From IMG/VR virus record IMGVR_UViG_3300010397_000010, positions 1 to 61,825 of that record: 61,825 nucleotides of DNA. One strand, given 5' to 3'. The position numbers were made by a program, and so were the translations under genes. The notes beneath the pieces are model-generated. The model was not told the origin of the DNA, did no database searches, and saw nothing but the letters and a program-made list of their open reading frames with translations. Shown piece after piece: positions 17,401 to 25,385 of this stretch (positions within the stretch are counted from its first letter, which is position 1; the number at the start of each line of letters is the position of its first letter). This stretch comes from a virus (lineage: Duplodnaviria > Caudoviricetes).

Positions 17401-17522
17401 ACGCACTCATAATCATAATCTCGCTCGATACCATAGCCATAATCATAATGCTTATCAGCATCAAGCAGGTGCTTGAGAGAATTGCAAAAGCTATGGAGAA
17501 AGGCCCCAATGACCGCCCTTAA
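17397..17522 (+). CDS. Small single-TM protein
   Basis: MNALIIIISLDTIAIIIML; ATGA coupling. Confidence 0.55.
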   Translation: MNALIIIISLDTIAIIIMLISIKQVLERIAKAMEKGPNDRP

Positions 17523-17574
17523 GCCGACCCCGAAGTTTGGGGGAATTAAAATGAAGAATAGTTGAAAATTTCTC

Positions 17575-17603
17575 TTGACCCCCTTCAGCCAAAAGGATAG
17601 TAT
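17575..17603 (+). promoter_or_regulatory. Sigma70-type promoter of recombination module
   Basis: TTGACC-17 nt-TAGTAT. Confidence 0.65.
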
Positions 17604-17646
17604 TTAGAAAGAATTAAACGAAGGATTTCAGAAGAGGATTAACTCA

Positions 17647-18981
17647 ATGAACACAGATCGTTCCCGCATCTTAGCCGCCCAAAGTTGTCCCCGATCCCGT
17701 TATCTAGCCTACCATATCCATGGCACAGGAATTCAAAAGAAGGCTAAGAGTTTACCCCTACAATTTGGGAGCGCTTTCCATATCGGATCTGAAATACTAC
17801 TTAACGGGCCTGATATTTCAGGAAGATCAATCGAAGAAACCTCTAAATTATGGGGAAAAAGTGTTATTGAGGTAGCTGTCGAAAAGGCCCGCCAATTCCT
17901 CGCCGATGAATTTGCCGCGCACCAGATCGGCTTCGACGGCGAGCCTTCGGAGGATATTCAGCGAGCGATGGAATATGGGCAAGAGGAACAAATGGCCCTT
18001 GCCGAGGGATTGCTGAGGGCTTGGTGGATTTACGAAGGTGAATCATTCCTTGAGAACTTTGAGATTATCGAAGTGGAAAAGGAAGGCCGCGTGAATCTCA
18101 CAAATGAGCCTCACGAGTGGCGCGATTTGGGAAATAAAGAGAAACAGTGTATTCATTGTGGAGCGATTGAGTGCAGTTCAGCGGGAGAGCGCTCTTGTAT
18201 GCGATCTCTTGTGCTCATGTTCCGCCCCGACGCTCTCGTTAGGGACAAGCAGAGTGGCGACTATTACATCATCTCTTGGAAAACTTGCTCAACATTCACT
18301 CAGCGGACGATTAATCAGGCGAGGGTGGATATGCAATCGATGTCCGAAGTGTTCGGGGTTGAGCAGAATCGGGGGATCAAGGTTGAAGGAGTCATCTATC
18401 GTTTCGTGGTAAAGGGCCAACGTCGCCTCGATAATTATGACAAGCTCTACAAGCAAGGATCACACTTAGCGTATGGATGGAAAAAACTCGGCAAGCCGGG
18501 AGATGAAGGAGTTGAGTGGAGTTGGACTTTCGCCTGGCCGAAGGAGGATGATTCGGGCGAATCTCGATTAGGGAAAGGATGGCAGAAGGTTCCCATCTGG
18601 AGAGATTATCCCGGTGGCGTGAAGCAATGGATTGAGGACTTGAGCAATAACCAAATCTTTCCTCGCCACATCGATGCGCTGGCGAATGTGTTTCCTCAGT
18701 CGCTTCCAGTTGAGCGGAGAAAGGATGAGGTTGAATCATGGAAGCGACAGGTGATCGCGCAAGAGACGGAAATAGAAAAGCGAGTTACACTGATGGCGGA
18801 CTCTGAAAAATGGGCCATTAAAGAGAATCTCGATGAGCTGTTTCCCCAACATACCCATTCATGTTGGAGTTATTCGGGCTGCCCTTTTATTCCAGTTTGT
18901 TGGGAAGGGATTGCGCCGGAGCCGGGGGAGCTATACCAGATTAGAACTCAGAATCATCCAGAAAAAGAATTGGAGGATTAG
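17647..18981 (+). CDS. Cas4/RecB-like PD-(D/E)XK exonuclease
   Basis: SCPRS, FGSAFH, VEKE, RPDAL, IISWKT, C-terminal CWSYSGCPFIPVC. Confidence 0.8.
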   Translation: MNTDRSRILAAQSCPRSRYLAYHIHGTGIQKKAKSLPLQFGSAFHIGSEILLNGPDISGRSIEETSKLWGKSVIEVAVEKARQFLADEFAAHQIGFDGEPSEDIQRAMEYGQEEQMALAEGLLRAWWIYEGESFLENFEIIEVEKEGRVNLTNEPHEWRDLGNKEKQCIHCGAIECSSAGERSCMRSLVLMFRPDALVRDKQSGDYYIISWKTCSTFTQRTINQARVDMQSMSEVFGVEQNRGIKVEGVIYRFVVKGQRRLDNYDKLYKQGSHLAYGWKKLGKPGDEGVEWSWTFAWPKEDDSGESRLGKGWQKVPIWRDYPGGVKQWIEDLSNNQIFPRHIDALANVFPQSLPVERRKDEVESWKRQVIAQETEIEKRVTLMADSEKWAIKENLDELFPQHTHSCWSYSGCPFIPVCWEGIAPEPGELYQIRTQNHPEKELED

Positions 18982-18983
18982 TC

Positions 18984-19196
18984 ATGACGATTATTGATGC
19001 TGCAAAGAAAATGAACGAAGGCTTTAAGGTTCAACGGAAGAGTTGGCCTTCCTCCTGCCATATCTACATGAGCGATGGAGATGGACAAGAGTTTCCATCT
19101 ATCGTAACGGAGGTTGAGGGAACGCCGATGTTTGACACAGAGGACATGCTTGCAGATGATTGGGAAATTTCGAGCCCATCTGGAGAGGAAAAGTGA
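18984..19196 (+). CDS. DUF2829 / Tad2-family anti-defence protein
   Basis: GFKVQRKSW and EDMLADDWEI match the family pattern G.KV.R..W...D.LA.DW. Confidence 0.7.
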   Translation: MTIIDAAKKMNEGFKVQRKSWPSSCHIYMSDGDGQEFPSIVTEVEGTPMFDTEDMLADDWEISSPSGEEK

Positions 19197-19378
19197 TGCC
19201 CCTCTACATTTGCCTTGACTATGTTAAGGATGGAAAGATCGCTGCTTGGGTCAGGCGATCCAATAACTATAATGATGTTTGGGGCGATGCCGAAGTGTCC
19301 GAGTTGACTACTAAAAAATGTCTTTACTCCCTCGCAAAGAAGATTGGATCGCTTGAGATTGATGAGGAGTCTAAATGA
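19196..19378 (+). CDS. Hypothetical protein
   Basis: TGATG coupling. Confidence 0.55.
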   Translation: MPLYICLDYVKDGKIAAWVRRSNNYNDVWGDAEVSELTTKKCLYSLAKKIGSLEIDEESK

Positions 19379-20340
19379 GCGCGATCACAAATAAAACTTC
19401 CCTCCTATGCTATGGAGCAAGTGATAGCGGCAAATCAACTCAAGCTCGATACATCGCAGAGTTTGTATGGGAGCGATATAAGAAAAAGACTCGCCTCATC
19501 GCCCTCGATAGGGGATCTCTATGGGCACCTTGCGCAGATCTCGTGGATGCGGGTATTGTGATTCCTCTCGAATTCCCTACGAGCTATGAATTCAATCCAA
19601 TGGCCATCATGCGGAAGTTGAGACGGGGCGAGTGGCCTAAGAATGGAGTGATCTTAAAGCCTTCTGCAAAGGAATCGAAGAAGGCGAATGGAGAGATTGA
19701 GATAAAATACACCACAAACACTCTATGGGAGCCTTGGGCTGACGCTACGACTGATGAGATCGGAGCGATAGTGATCGACTCTCTGACCTCCTTCGCAACT
19801 TCATTCATGTCCGATGTGAAGCAAAAGAATATCAGGATCGGACAAGACAGTGGAAATCCTCCGAGGAATGAAGAAGGTGAGCAGATTGGCTCGAATACAA
19901 TCTCTCATTATGCCGATACCCACACGGAGATCCTTGATGCGCTCCAAGCATTCCAATCCCTTCCAGTCCATATCACAATGTTCACCGCCCTTGAGGGATT
20001 AGGGGCGGATGATGACTCGGGAGTGAAGCGTCCAGCGTTAGGGCCGGAGACAGTCGGGAAGGCCATCAACGGCAAGCTCCCTTCGAGGGTGAATCATTGC
20101 TTCCATCTCGTCGCGGAAGGATTAGGGAGCAAGAAAATAGTTAAAGCATTTTATTGTAAGCACCCTTCTGAGCTTGGTGATAGATTAATGTGGCCGAGCA
20201 AAATTACACTTCCTCCAGCACTGTTGAAAGAATTTTGGGCCAAATACCCGAACGGCTATATGCAACTCTCACTAGAGAAGGGAATTGGGGAATTCTTAGA
20301 GTTCATCTCGAAGGAAAAGGAGCTTAAAGTTGCCCTCTAA
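19375..20340 (+). CDS. AAA_24/Sak4-like ATPase
   Basis: YGASDSGKST, IVIDSLT, GPETVGK; lies between exonuclease and SSB-like genes. Confidence 0.8.
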   Translation: MSAITNKTSLLCYGASDSGKSTQARYIAEFVWERYKKKTRLIALDRGSLWAPCADLVDAGIVIPLEFPTSYEFNPMAIMRKLRRGEWPKNGVILKPSAKESKKANGEIEIKYTTNTLWEPWADATTDEIGAIVIDSLTSFATSFMSDVKQKNIRIGQDSGNPPRNEEGEQIGSNTISHYADTHTEILDALQAFQSLPVHITMFTALEGLGADDDSGVKRPALGPETVGKAINGKLPSRVNHCFHLVAEGLGSKKIVKAFYCKHPSELGDRLMWPSKITLPPALLKEFWAKYPNGYMQLSLEKGIGEFLEFISKEKELKVAL

Positions 20341-20650
20341 ACAAACGTCGTTCAATCCTTCTGAGTTCGATATCTCAGATAACGCTGTATCTAACCTAAG
20401 TACACTCGTAAAGGAGATGTCTAAGAAAATGCCCAAAGTTAAATCCTCTCAAGAAGGAATCAAGAAAGTCACCGTTAGATTTACCGAACCCTCCGACCTC
20501 GCGCTCTATGACCGCCTTGTAGCTGAGGCTGAAGCTGACCGTCGAGAGTTGGGAACATACATCCTGATGCTCCTTCTGGATACCTACACTCCTCCCACGG
20601 TTGAAGAGGAAGCCGAACATCAGCCGATCACTCAGACGAAGGCTGCATAG
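20330..20650 (+). CDS. Ribbon-helix-helix DNA-binding protein
   Basis: KKVTVRF...LYDRLVAEAEADRRELGTYILMLL. Confidence 0.65.
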   Translation: MPSKQTSFNPSEFDISDNAVSNLSTLVKEMSKKMPKVKSSQEGIKKVTVRFTEPSDLALYDRLVAEAEADRRELGTYILMLLLDTYTPPTVEEEAEHQPITQTKAA

Positions 20651-20653
20651 GGA

Positions 20654-20803
20654 ATGAAGAAGCATCCGACATTCCGAGCTGAGCTAGTGCTCAAAATGAT
20701 CCCCTCCGAGGGATTGAATGAGCGAGTTTTGAAGAATAAACTAAAGGCCCTTTTGGATAAGTTGAAGGGGAAAGTTTCCACCATTCACGTAAAAGAAGTC
20801 TAA
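20654..20803 (+). CDS. Small basic protein (49 aa)
   Basis: MKKHPTFRAEL...HVKEV* fills the gap. Confidence 0.5.
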   Translation: MKKHPTFRAELVLKMIPSEGLNERVLKNKLKALLDKLKGKVSTIHVKEV

Positions 20804-20831
20804 TCACTAAAGAAAAGAGGATTAACAAGAA

Positions 20832-21527
20832 ATGGCAAACGAAGTAGAGTACCGACCGGAATTGATGGACACATTGGAAGAAGATCAGACTTTGCTCCCT
20901 GCCGAGTTCGATCCCGATGCCGATTATGCAGCACCCGCACCGCCTCTCCCTGATGGCTGGTATCAGGCCATTTTGACCTGTCAGGGAGTGAAGGATGAGA
21001 ACGGAGCGCTAGTCCCCTTCAGGAAGCGTCCTTGGGGCACCATCCCCTCCACCTTCCACACTTCGATCCAGGCGAAGATTGTCGATCCCTCTGGATTGCA
21101 AGATGGAAAGTACGCCACCGATAACACAGTCACGACTCACTCCGATCCGAAGCGACACAATACCTCGAAGGTGGCGACTTATTATCGCGCCTTAACTGGA
21201 AAGCCGATTCCCGGTGTGTCTGAGGGGCAGCACATGAAGGCCCTTTTGAGCGAGCTTCAGTCGGCTCCGATGGTTTGGATCAAGACGCAGCTTGAAGGTC
21301 AGGCATCGGACGCATCGAAGGCGTTCTCCGAGGCCAAGAAGTTCAACAATGGCAAGGCTCCGGAGGGAATGAAGGCTCCTCGCACGTTCAGAGGGGAGAA
21401 GAATTTCTTTGAGAATGGCAAGCTAACGGGAAGGGTATTCGATGATGCTGCTGGAGAGTGGGTAGTCGGGCGTCCGGTGATTGCGGACATCAAGCATATC
21501 TCGTTCGAGCCGCCCACGAAGAAATAG
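20832..21527 (+). CDS. Putative ssDNA-binding protein
   Basis: PLPDGWYQAIL OB-type start; position after Sak4-like gene. Confidence 0.55.
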   Translation: MANEVEYRPELMDTLEEDQTLLPAEFDPDADYAAPAPPLPDGWYQAILTCQGVKDENGALVPFRKRPWGTIPSTFHTSIQAKIVDPSGLQDGKYATDNTVTTHSDPKRHNTSKVATYYRALTGKPIPGVSEGQHMKALLSELQSAPMVWIKTQLEGQASDASKAFSEAKKFNNGKAPEGMKAPRTFRGEKNFFENGKLTGRVFDDAAGEWVVGRPVIADIKHISFEPPTKK

Positions 21528-21553
21528 CTAAGACTCAAATTGAGGCAATAGAG

Positions 21554-21590
21554 AAGCCCCTCTTCATCGGAGGGGCTTTCTTTCTTCCTT
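21554..21590. terminator. Intrinsic terminator between convergent blocks
   Basis: AAGCCCCTC-loop-GAGGGGCTT followed by a T-rich run. Confidence 0.75.
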
Positions 21591-21600
21591 TCGAATTGAT

Positions 21601-21936
21601 CTACTGCGCGGGCGTATTTGCAACAACCGCCGCAGCAAGGGAATCAGCGGAATTCTTCAACTGATCCTGAAGGGCCTGCAACTTCGCGGGATCAGTGCCC
21701 GCAGCCGCCAACTGTGCCGCAATGCCTTGGATAAGGGTGACTGCGGAAGCCTCAACATCCGTATTCGCCTGAACCTGCGTAGAGAGAGCGTCGAGAGATG
21801 CCATTTCTTTCCTCACTATCTCCAGGATTTGCTCCTGGATCTGGAGAACCTTGTCAATCTTCCGCTCAAGGTTCTTGGTTGACGGGAAGGGCCATATTTT
21901 CTGGCCCTTAGGAGGAGATGGAGATTTCTTAACCAT
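21601..21936 (-). CDS. Coiled-coil protein at end of lysis block
   Basis: LDALSTQVQANTDVEASAVTLIQGIAAQL, a common phage family. Confidence 0.75.
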   Translation of the reverse strand: MVKKSPSPPKGQKIWPFPSTKNLERKIDKVLQIQEQILEIVRKEMASLDALSTQVQANTDVEASAVTLIQGIAAQLAAAGTDPAKLQALQDQLKNSADSLAAAVVANTPAQ

Positions 21937-21954
21937 TCTAAATCTCCTTTACAT

Positions 21955-22752
21955 TCATTTCCAGGGAGCCCCGAGGTGACCTACCCACCCATCGCAGGTA
22001 TCATTCCCCCCGGCTGCCTTGAAGTAATCATAAGGGATAAGAAGGTTTCCCGAAAGGCCCCATTTATCACCCCACGAATTGCGAACTTTAAATGCTCCCT
22101 TTTTCAATCGATCATCATACCCATAAACGAGCATCTCATGTCCTCCCACAGGGGATTCATTCGGATGGGGAATCGGGAGCATTCCATCCTTAGCCACCTT
22201 TTCACCTTCGATGGCTTGATAGACTGGAACTCCGATAGTGCAACAATATCCACTCGCCAACACAGACTTCATCGTATACATCCCTTGATCGATCAGAATG
22301 CGATGATACGCCCCAATTTTGAACGATTCCCCATTCAAGATCATCTCATCTGAAGGGGGAGAGGTGATGAGAGTATCTGAGAATGGATTGATTGAATCGA
22401 GACAGATTCCGATTTGATTCAACACCCTGAAGATGGTGCGGGAGTCTGATCCATCGTCAGCCGGAAAGGAGCCATCCTTCATCCTCTCTTCAGCGTAAAG
22501 GAAGAGAGCAGAGAAGAAGGGATCACTCAAGTCCTTAATCGGAAAGTATTGAGCGAACTCCCGATAAAGCCAATCCATGAATCCCGCCCCCGCTTGACCT
22601 GTACAGGAGCCTGATTGCCCTTGATCCCTCACCGGCCCGAGCTTCGACAAGAGGTTAATGGAAGCCGGTAGTTTTCTCAGCGACCTTAGGGCGAGGTGAT
22701 CCCTTTTGTCCTCCACATCCTTTTTGACATTAAACACTCTCTTAATGGGCAT
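21955..22752 (-). CDS. Papain-like (C1A) cysteine peptidase
   Basis: DQGQSGSCTG, GGHEMLVYGYDD, VRNSWGDKWG: intact Q/C/H/N. Confidence 0.92.
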   Translation of the reverse strand: MPIKRVFNVKKDVEDKRDHLALRSLRKLPASINLLSKLGPVRDQGQSGSCTGQAGAGFMDWLYREFAQYFPIKDLSDPFFSALFLYAEERMKDGSFPADDGSDSRTIFRVLNQIGICLDSINPFSDTLITSPPSDEMILNGESFKIGAYHRILIDQGMYTMKSVLASGYCCTIGVPVYQAIEGEKVAKDGMLPIPHPNESPVGGHEMLVYGYDDRLKKGAFKVRNSWGDKWGLSGNLLIPYDYFKAAGGNDTCDGWVGHLGAPWK

Positions 22753-22755
22753 TTA

Positions 22756-23292
22756 CTAAATCTCCGCCTTCGGCAATCCGATACGCTTCGCTGTGTTATT
22801 CCATTGGGCCTTATAGGCTCCTTGGGCTGATTGGAGCAGATGGGGCTTCCTCAGCTTCGCCTGACCCTTATAAGGATTCCAATCAAGGTGAGCGGATAGC
22901 CTTTGAGTTTGCGCAGTAGGTTTCATGGCTGAGATCACCGCCGAGAGTGCGGCTACCAGGATGGCAATCAGCGGAGAGTAGATGGATGTCTGAGGGATCA
23001 CAGCCAACACCGCTTGAAGAGTATCAATGGCGCTCAGGACGATATCCACAGTCGATCCATTACTCCACTTCGCCTCTGCCGCCTGAAGGGCCGCGATAGC
23101 GTTTGAGAGGGAAGGGAGCCATTGAGCATTCGAGTCAGCTACCTTCAAAATGGCTAACGCTGAATCAATAGCTGTGTTAAGGAGAGCCTTAGCGTTCACC
23201 GCGCATCCTTCCTCCATCAACATCGAGGGTACGAGGAGAGTCAGAGTAGCTCCCTTTAGGGCAGTAAGCGTGAAATCGCGTCGAGTTATCAT
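22756..23292 (-). CDS. Tat-signal, probable lipoprotein or membrane protein
   Basis: MITRRDFT twin-arginine, h-region, EGC; later hydrophobic helix; GAGGT SD and TAATG coupling. Confidence 0.7.
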   Translation of the reverse strand: MITRRDFTLTALKGATLTLLVPSMLMEEGCAVNAKALLNTAIDSALAILKVADSNAQWLPSLSNAIAALQAAEAKWSNGSTVDIVLSAIDTLQAVLAVIPQTSIYSPLIAILVAALSAVISAMKPTAQTQRLSAHLDWNPYKGQAKLRKPHLLQSAQGAYKAQWNNTAKRIGLPKAEI

Positions 23293-23495
23293 TACCTCAC
23301 CCTTGGCATGTTGAGAGATTGCCCGCCGCTGCCAACAAAGCTCATTAGGATCCAAATGAGAAATATAGCAGCTATCACCACCAATACAACGGTAGCGACT
23401 TTTCTCATCGGCTCTGGTAAGAGGTTGTTGATGATGTAGTAGAGGGCACCTAAGACGATGCACGCCACAAGAGTGTATATGAGTATGCTAACCAT
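23292..23495 (-). CDS. 2-TM protein, holin candidate
   Basis: Two hydrophobic helices joined by LPEP. Confidence 0.6.
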   Translation of the reverse strand: MVSILIYTLVACIVLGALYYIINNLLPEPMRKVATVVLVVIAAIFLIWILMSFVGSGGQSLNMPRVR

Positions 23496-23507
23496 TTTGA
23501 ATCTCCC

Positions 23508-23864
23508 TCACGACTTTTGGATCGTGGATAATGCGAATAGTTTACTCCCCTTTGAGATAATCAGATCGACGCACTGCTCAGAAAAAACGCCATAAATGGC
23601 CGCGCTGAACGGCCCTATGGGGCCGGAAAGGTGAGCATGGATTCCAACCCATGCGAGCACGTCGTTCAGAGGCGTGGTGTCTCGCCAAATCCAAAGGAAC
23701 AGCCCGAGCGATACGACAAAGTTTATGATTGCATCCCCCGCATGACCCATCAGGTAGCTATACACGCTGTTCCAGGGCGTGTACCTATTGTCTGCCGAGA
23801 GAGTTGCTCTCTTAGTCAACGACCCTAAACCGCCGATAAGGTAGAAGATGAGCAGAGTGGTCAT
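23508..23864 (-). CDS. Multi-TM protein, holin candidate
   Basis: About 3 hydrophobic segments, directly after the endolysin. Confidence 0.55.
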   Translation of the reverse strand: MTTLLIFYLIGGLGSLTKRATLSADNRYTPWNSVYSYLMGHAGDAIINFVVSLGLFLWIWRDTTPLNDVLAWVGIHAHLSGPIGPFSAAIYGVFSEQCVDLIISKGSKLFALSTIQKS

Positions 23865-24352
23865 GCAGGTATGTCTCTCGCTCGATTGAGTAATCCTTCG
23901 AGTGGATATGTCCTACCTTCCGAAGCTGCGAATGCAGCGGCCCTTTTGTAATGTTCAATCTGAGCGTGGCATATTGCATCTATGAGGATATCTGGATTAC
24001 ATGAATTCATGCGTTCTATGGTAAGAGGGCCGATATTGCCATCCTGTCTAACGTTGACGAGCTTTTGGATGTCCTTGGCAAATCCCCTTCCGATATTCAC
24101 CAAACAATCCATCGCTTTCGACGCGACCTCTTGGGAGGTTAATTGGTCGAGCTTAAAAGGAAGCCAATATTCGGTGAAATAAATCTCCTTCGCCCCTTTA
24201 AGTGTCAAATGTTCAACATCAACATGAGGGTGATAGCGTTGAGAGATGCCCCATTTAGTCAGCCTTCCTCCTCTATCCCAAGTAACTTTGCCGGATAAAG
24301 TGGAATCCTCATGCTTCATGACGAACTTGAATGCGGGCTCAAACTCAGCCAT
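23861..24352 (-). CDS. Endolysin, glycoside hydrolase family 108
   Basis: HE...DRGG.LTKWGIS, AKEIYFTEYW, VNIG, DGNIGPLT, GLLNR. Confidence 0.88.
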   Translation of the reverse strand: MAEFEPAFKFVMKHEDSTLSGKVTWDRGGRLTKWGISQRYHPHVDVEHLTLKGAKEIYFTEYWLPFKLDQLTSQEVASKAMDCLVNIGRGFAKDIQKLVNVRQDGNIGPLTIERMNSCNPDILIDAICHAQIEHYKRAAAFAASEGRTYPLEGLLNRARDIPA

Positions 24353-24354
24353 TC

Positions 24355-24558
24355 TCAATCCCCCTTCACCATCACCCCGAGTTCATGGAACTCAGCCGAA
24401 TCCTTCTCAGTCAACAGCTTATCGAATGGGATTTCAGGGTCAAGCGGGATACAGGTTCTAGGGAGAGTAATCGGCCCATCACACCTTAAACGATGTCCGG
24501 CCCATATGGCAGCACTCCAGAACACATCCCCACAAGCCGCGCACTTAACTCTTTGCAT
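24355..24558 (-). CDS. Small Zn-finger protein
   Basis: AGGAG SD; CAACG...H..RC. Confidence 0.55.
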   Translation of the reverse strand: MQRVKCAACGDVFWSAAIWAGHRLRCDGPITLPRTCIPLDPEIPFDKLLTEKDSAEFHELGVMVKGD

Positions 24559-24568
24559 CGCTATACTC

Positions 24569-24780
24569 CTACTTCGCAACCCTAACCTTCCCAAAGATGG
24601 CTCCCCTGATCTCATCATCGCTTATGCACCCGCTTTCTACAATCTGGTCGGGCGTCATTACCGTTCGCAGGACTTCATAAGGCATCTTGATAAGGGTTCC
24701 GATCAAATCCCAGTGCCGCTCACACAGGGATGAAGTCACCCCGGTTCAGCCTTATCCCCACAAATGTCGCAAGGGCGCAT
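24569..24780 (-). pseudogene. Zn-finger ORF interrupted by a 1-nt frame break
   Basis: MRPCDICGDKAEPG* continues in the -1 frame as VTSSLCERHWDL...VAK*. Confidence 0.45.
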
Positions 24781-24782
24781 AC

Positions 24783-25028
24783 CTAGTCCGAATCTTTATT
24801 GAGATCGCTATACCTACGTTGGGCCATTCGCTTTTCCATCTCGTCAATCTTGTCCCATAGTCGAGTAATCAACTCTTGTAACGATTTCAACTGTGTCGAG
24901 TAGACCGCGTTTTGATTTGCGATGGCCGTCATCAAATCTTCTTTGCTGACGGAGTGAGTTGCCCAGGCTCCAATTAGGGTTATAACCACTCCCCCTAGAA
25001 ACGCCGAAATCGTAATCCATACATCCAC
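24783..25028 (-). CDS. TM plus coiled-coil protein (holin/hemolysin-like)
   Basis: N-terminal TM, heptads, RRYSD tail. Confidence 0.6.
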   Translation of the reverse strand: MDVWITISAFLGGVVITLIGAWATHSVSKEDLMTAIANQNAVYSTQLKSLQELITRLWDKIDEMEKRMAQRRYSDLNKDSD

Positions 25029-25052
25029 GTTCTACCTACCTGTCTAGGCCCA

Positions 25053-25385
25053 CTAAATTTTGTTCGCGCTGTTAACTTTTGGCGGCACATCGTCTCCGCA
25101 CGTCACCCACCTGCCGTCAACATAAAGCCCATCGCCACCAGAGAGTTCACATTCAGCTTCATAGTCCATCAGAGGAAAGGGCTCATTCGTCACCGTTTCC
25201 GCGCATTCCTCCGAACACTTAGGACAGTCGCAAATCCATGTGGTGTAGCCAGGACACACTATCTCGCGACACTTATCATTGGCGTTGTTCGTACCGTCTG
25301 CGTAAGTTGTGGTGCCATGATCGACTCCAGCGTTGAGCAATGGTGGTGCGAGCACGAAGATGAGAAACAGAACAAATGGTTTCAT
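25053..25385 (-). CDS. Secreted Cys-rich protein
   Basis: MKPFVLFLIFVLAPPLLNA signal peptide; 8 Cys; ATGA coupling. Confidence 0.7.
   Translation of the reverse strand: MKPFVLFLIFVLAPPLLNAGVDHGTTTYADGTNNANDKCREIVCPGYTTWICDCPKCSEECAETVTNEPFPLMDYEAECELSGGDGLYVDGRWVTCGDDVPPKVNSANKI

Noticed and set aside
17647-18981. Cas4 as part of a CRISPR-Cas system
   Set aside because: No array or other cas genes seen; the context is a Sak4/SSB recombination module
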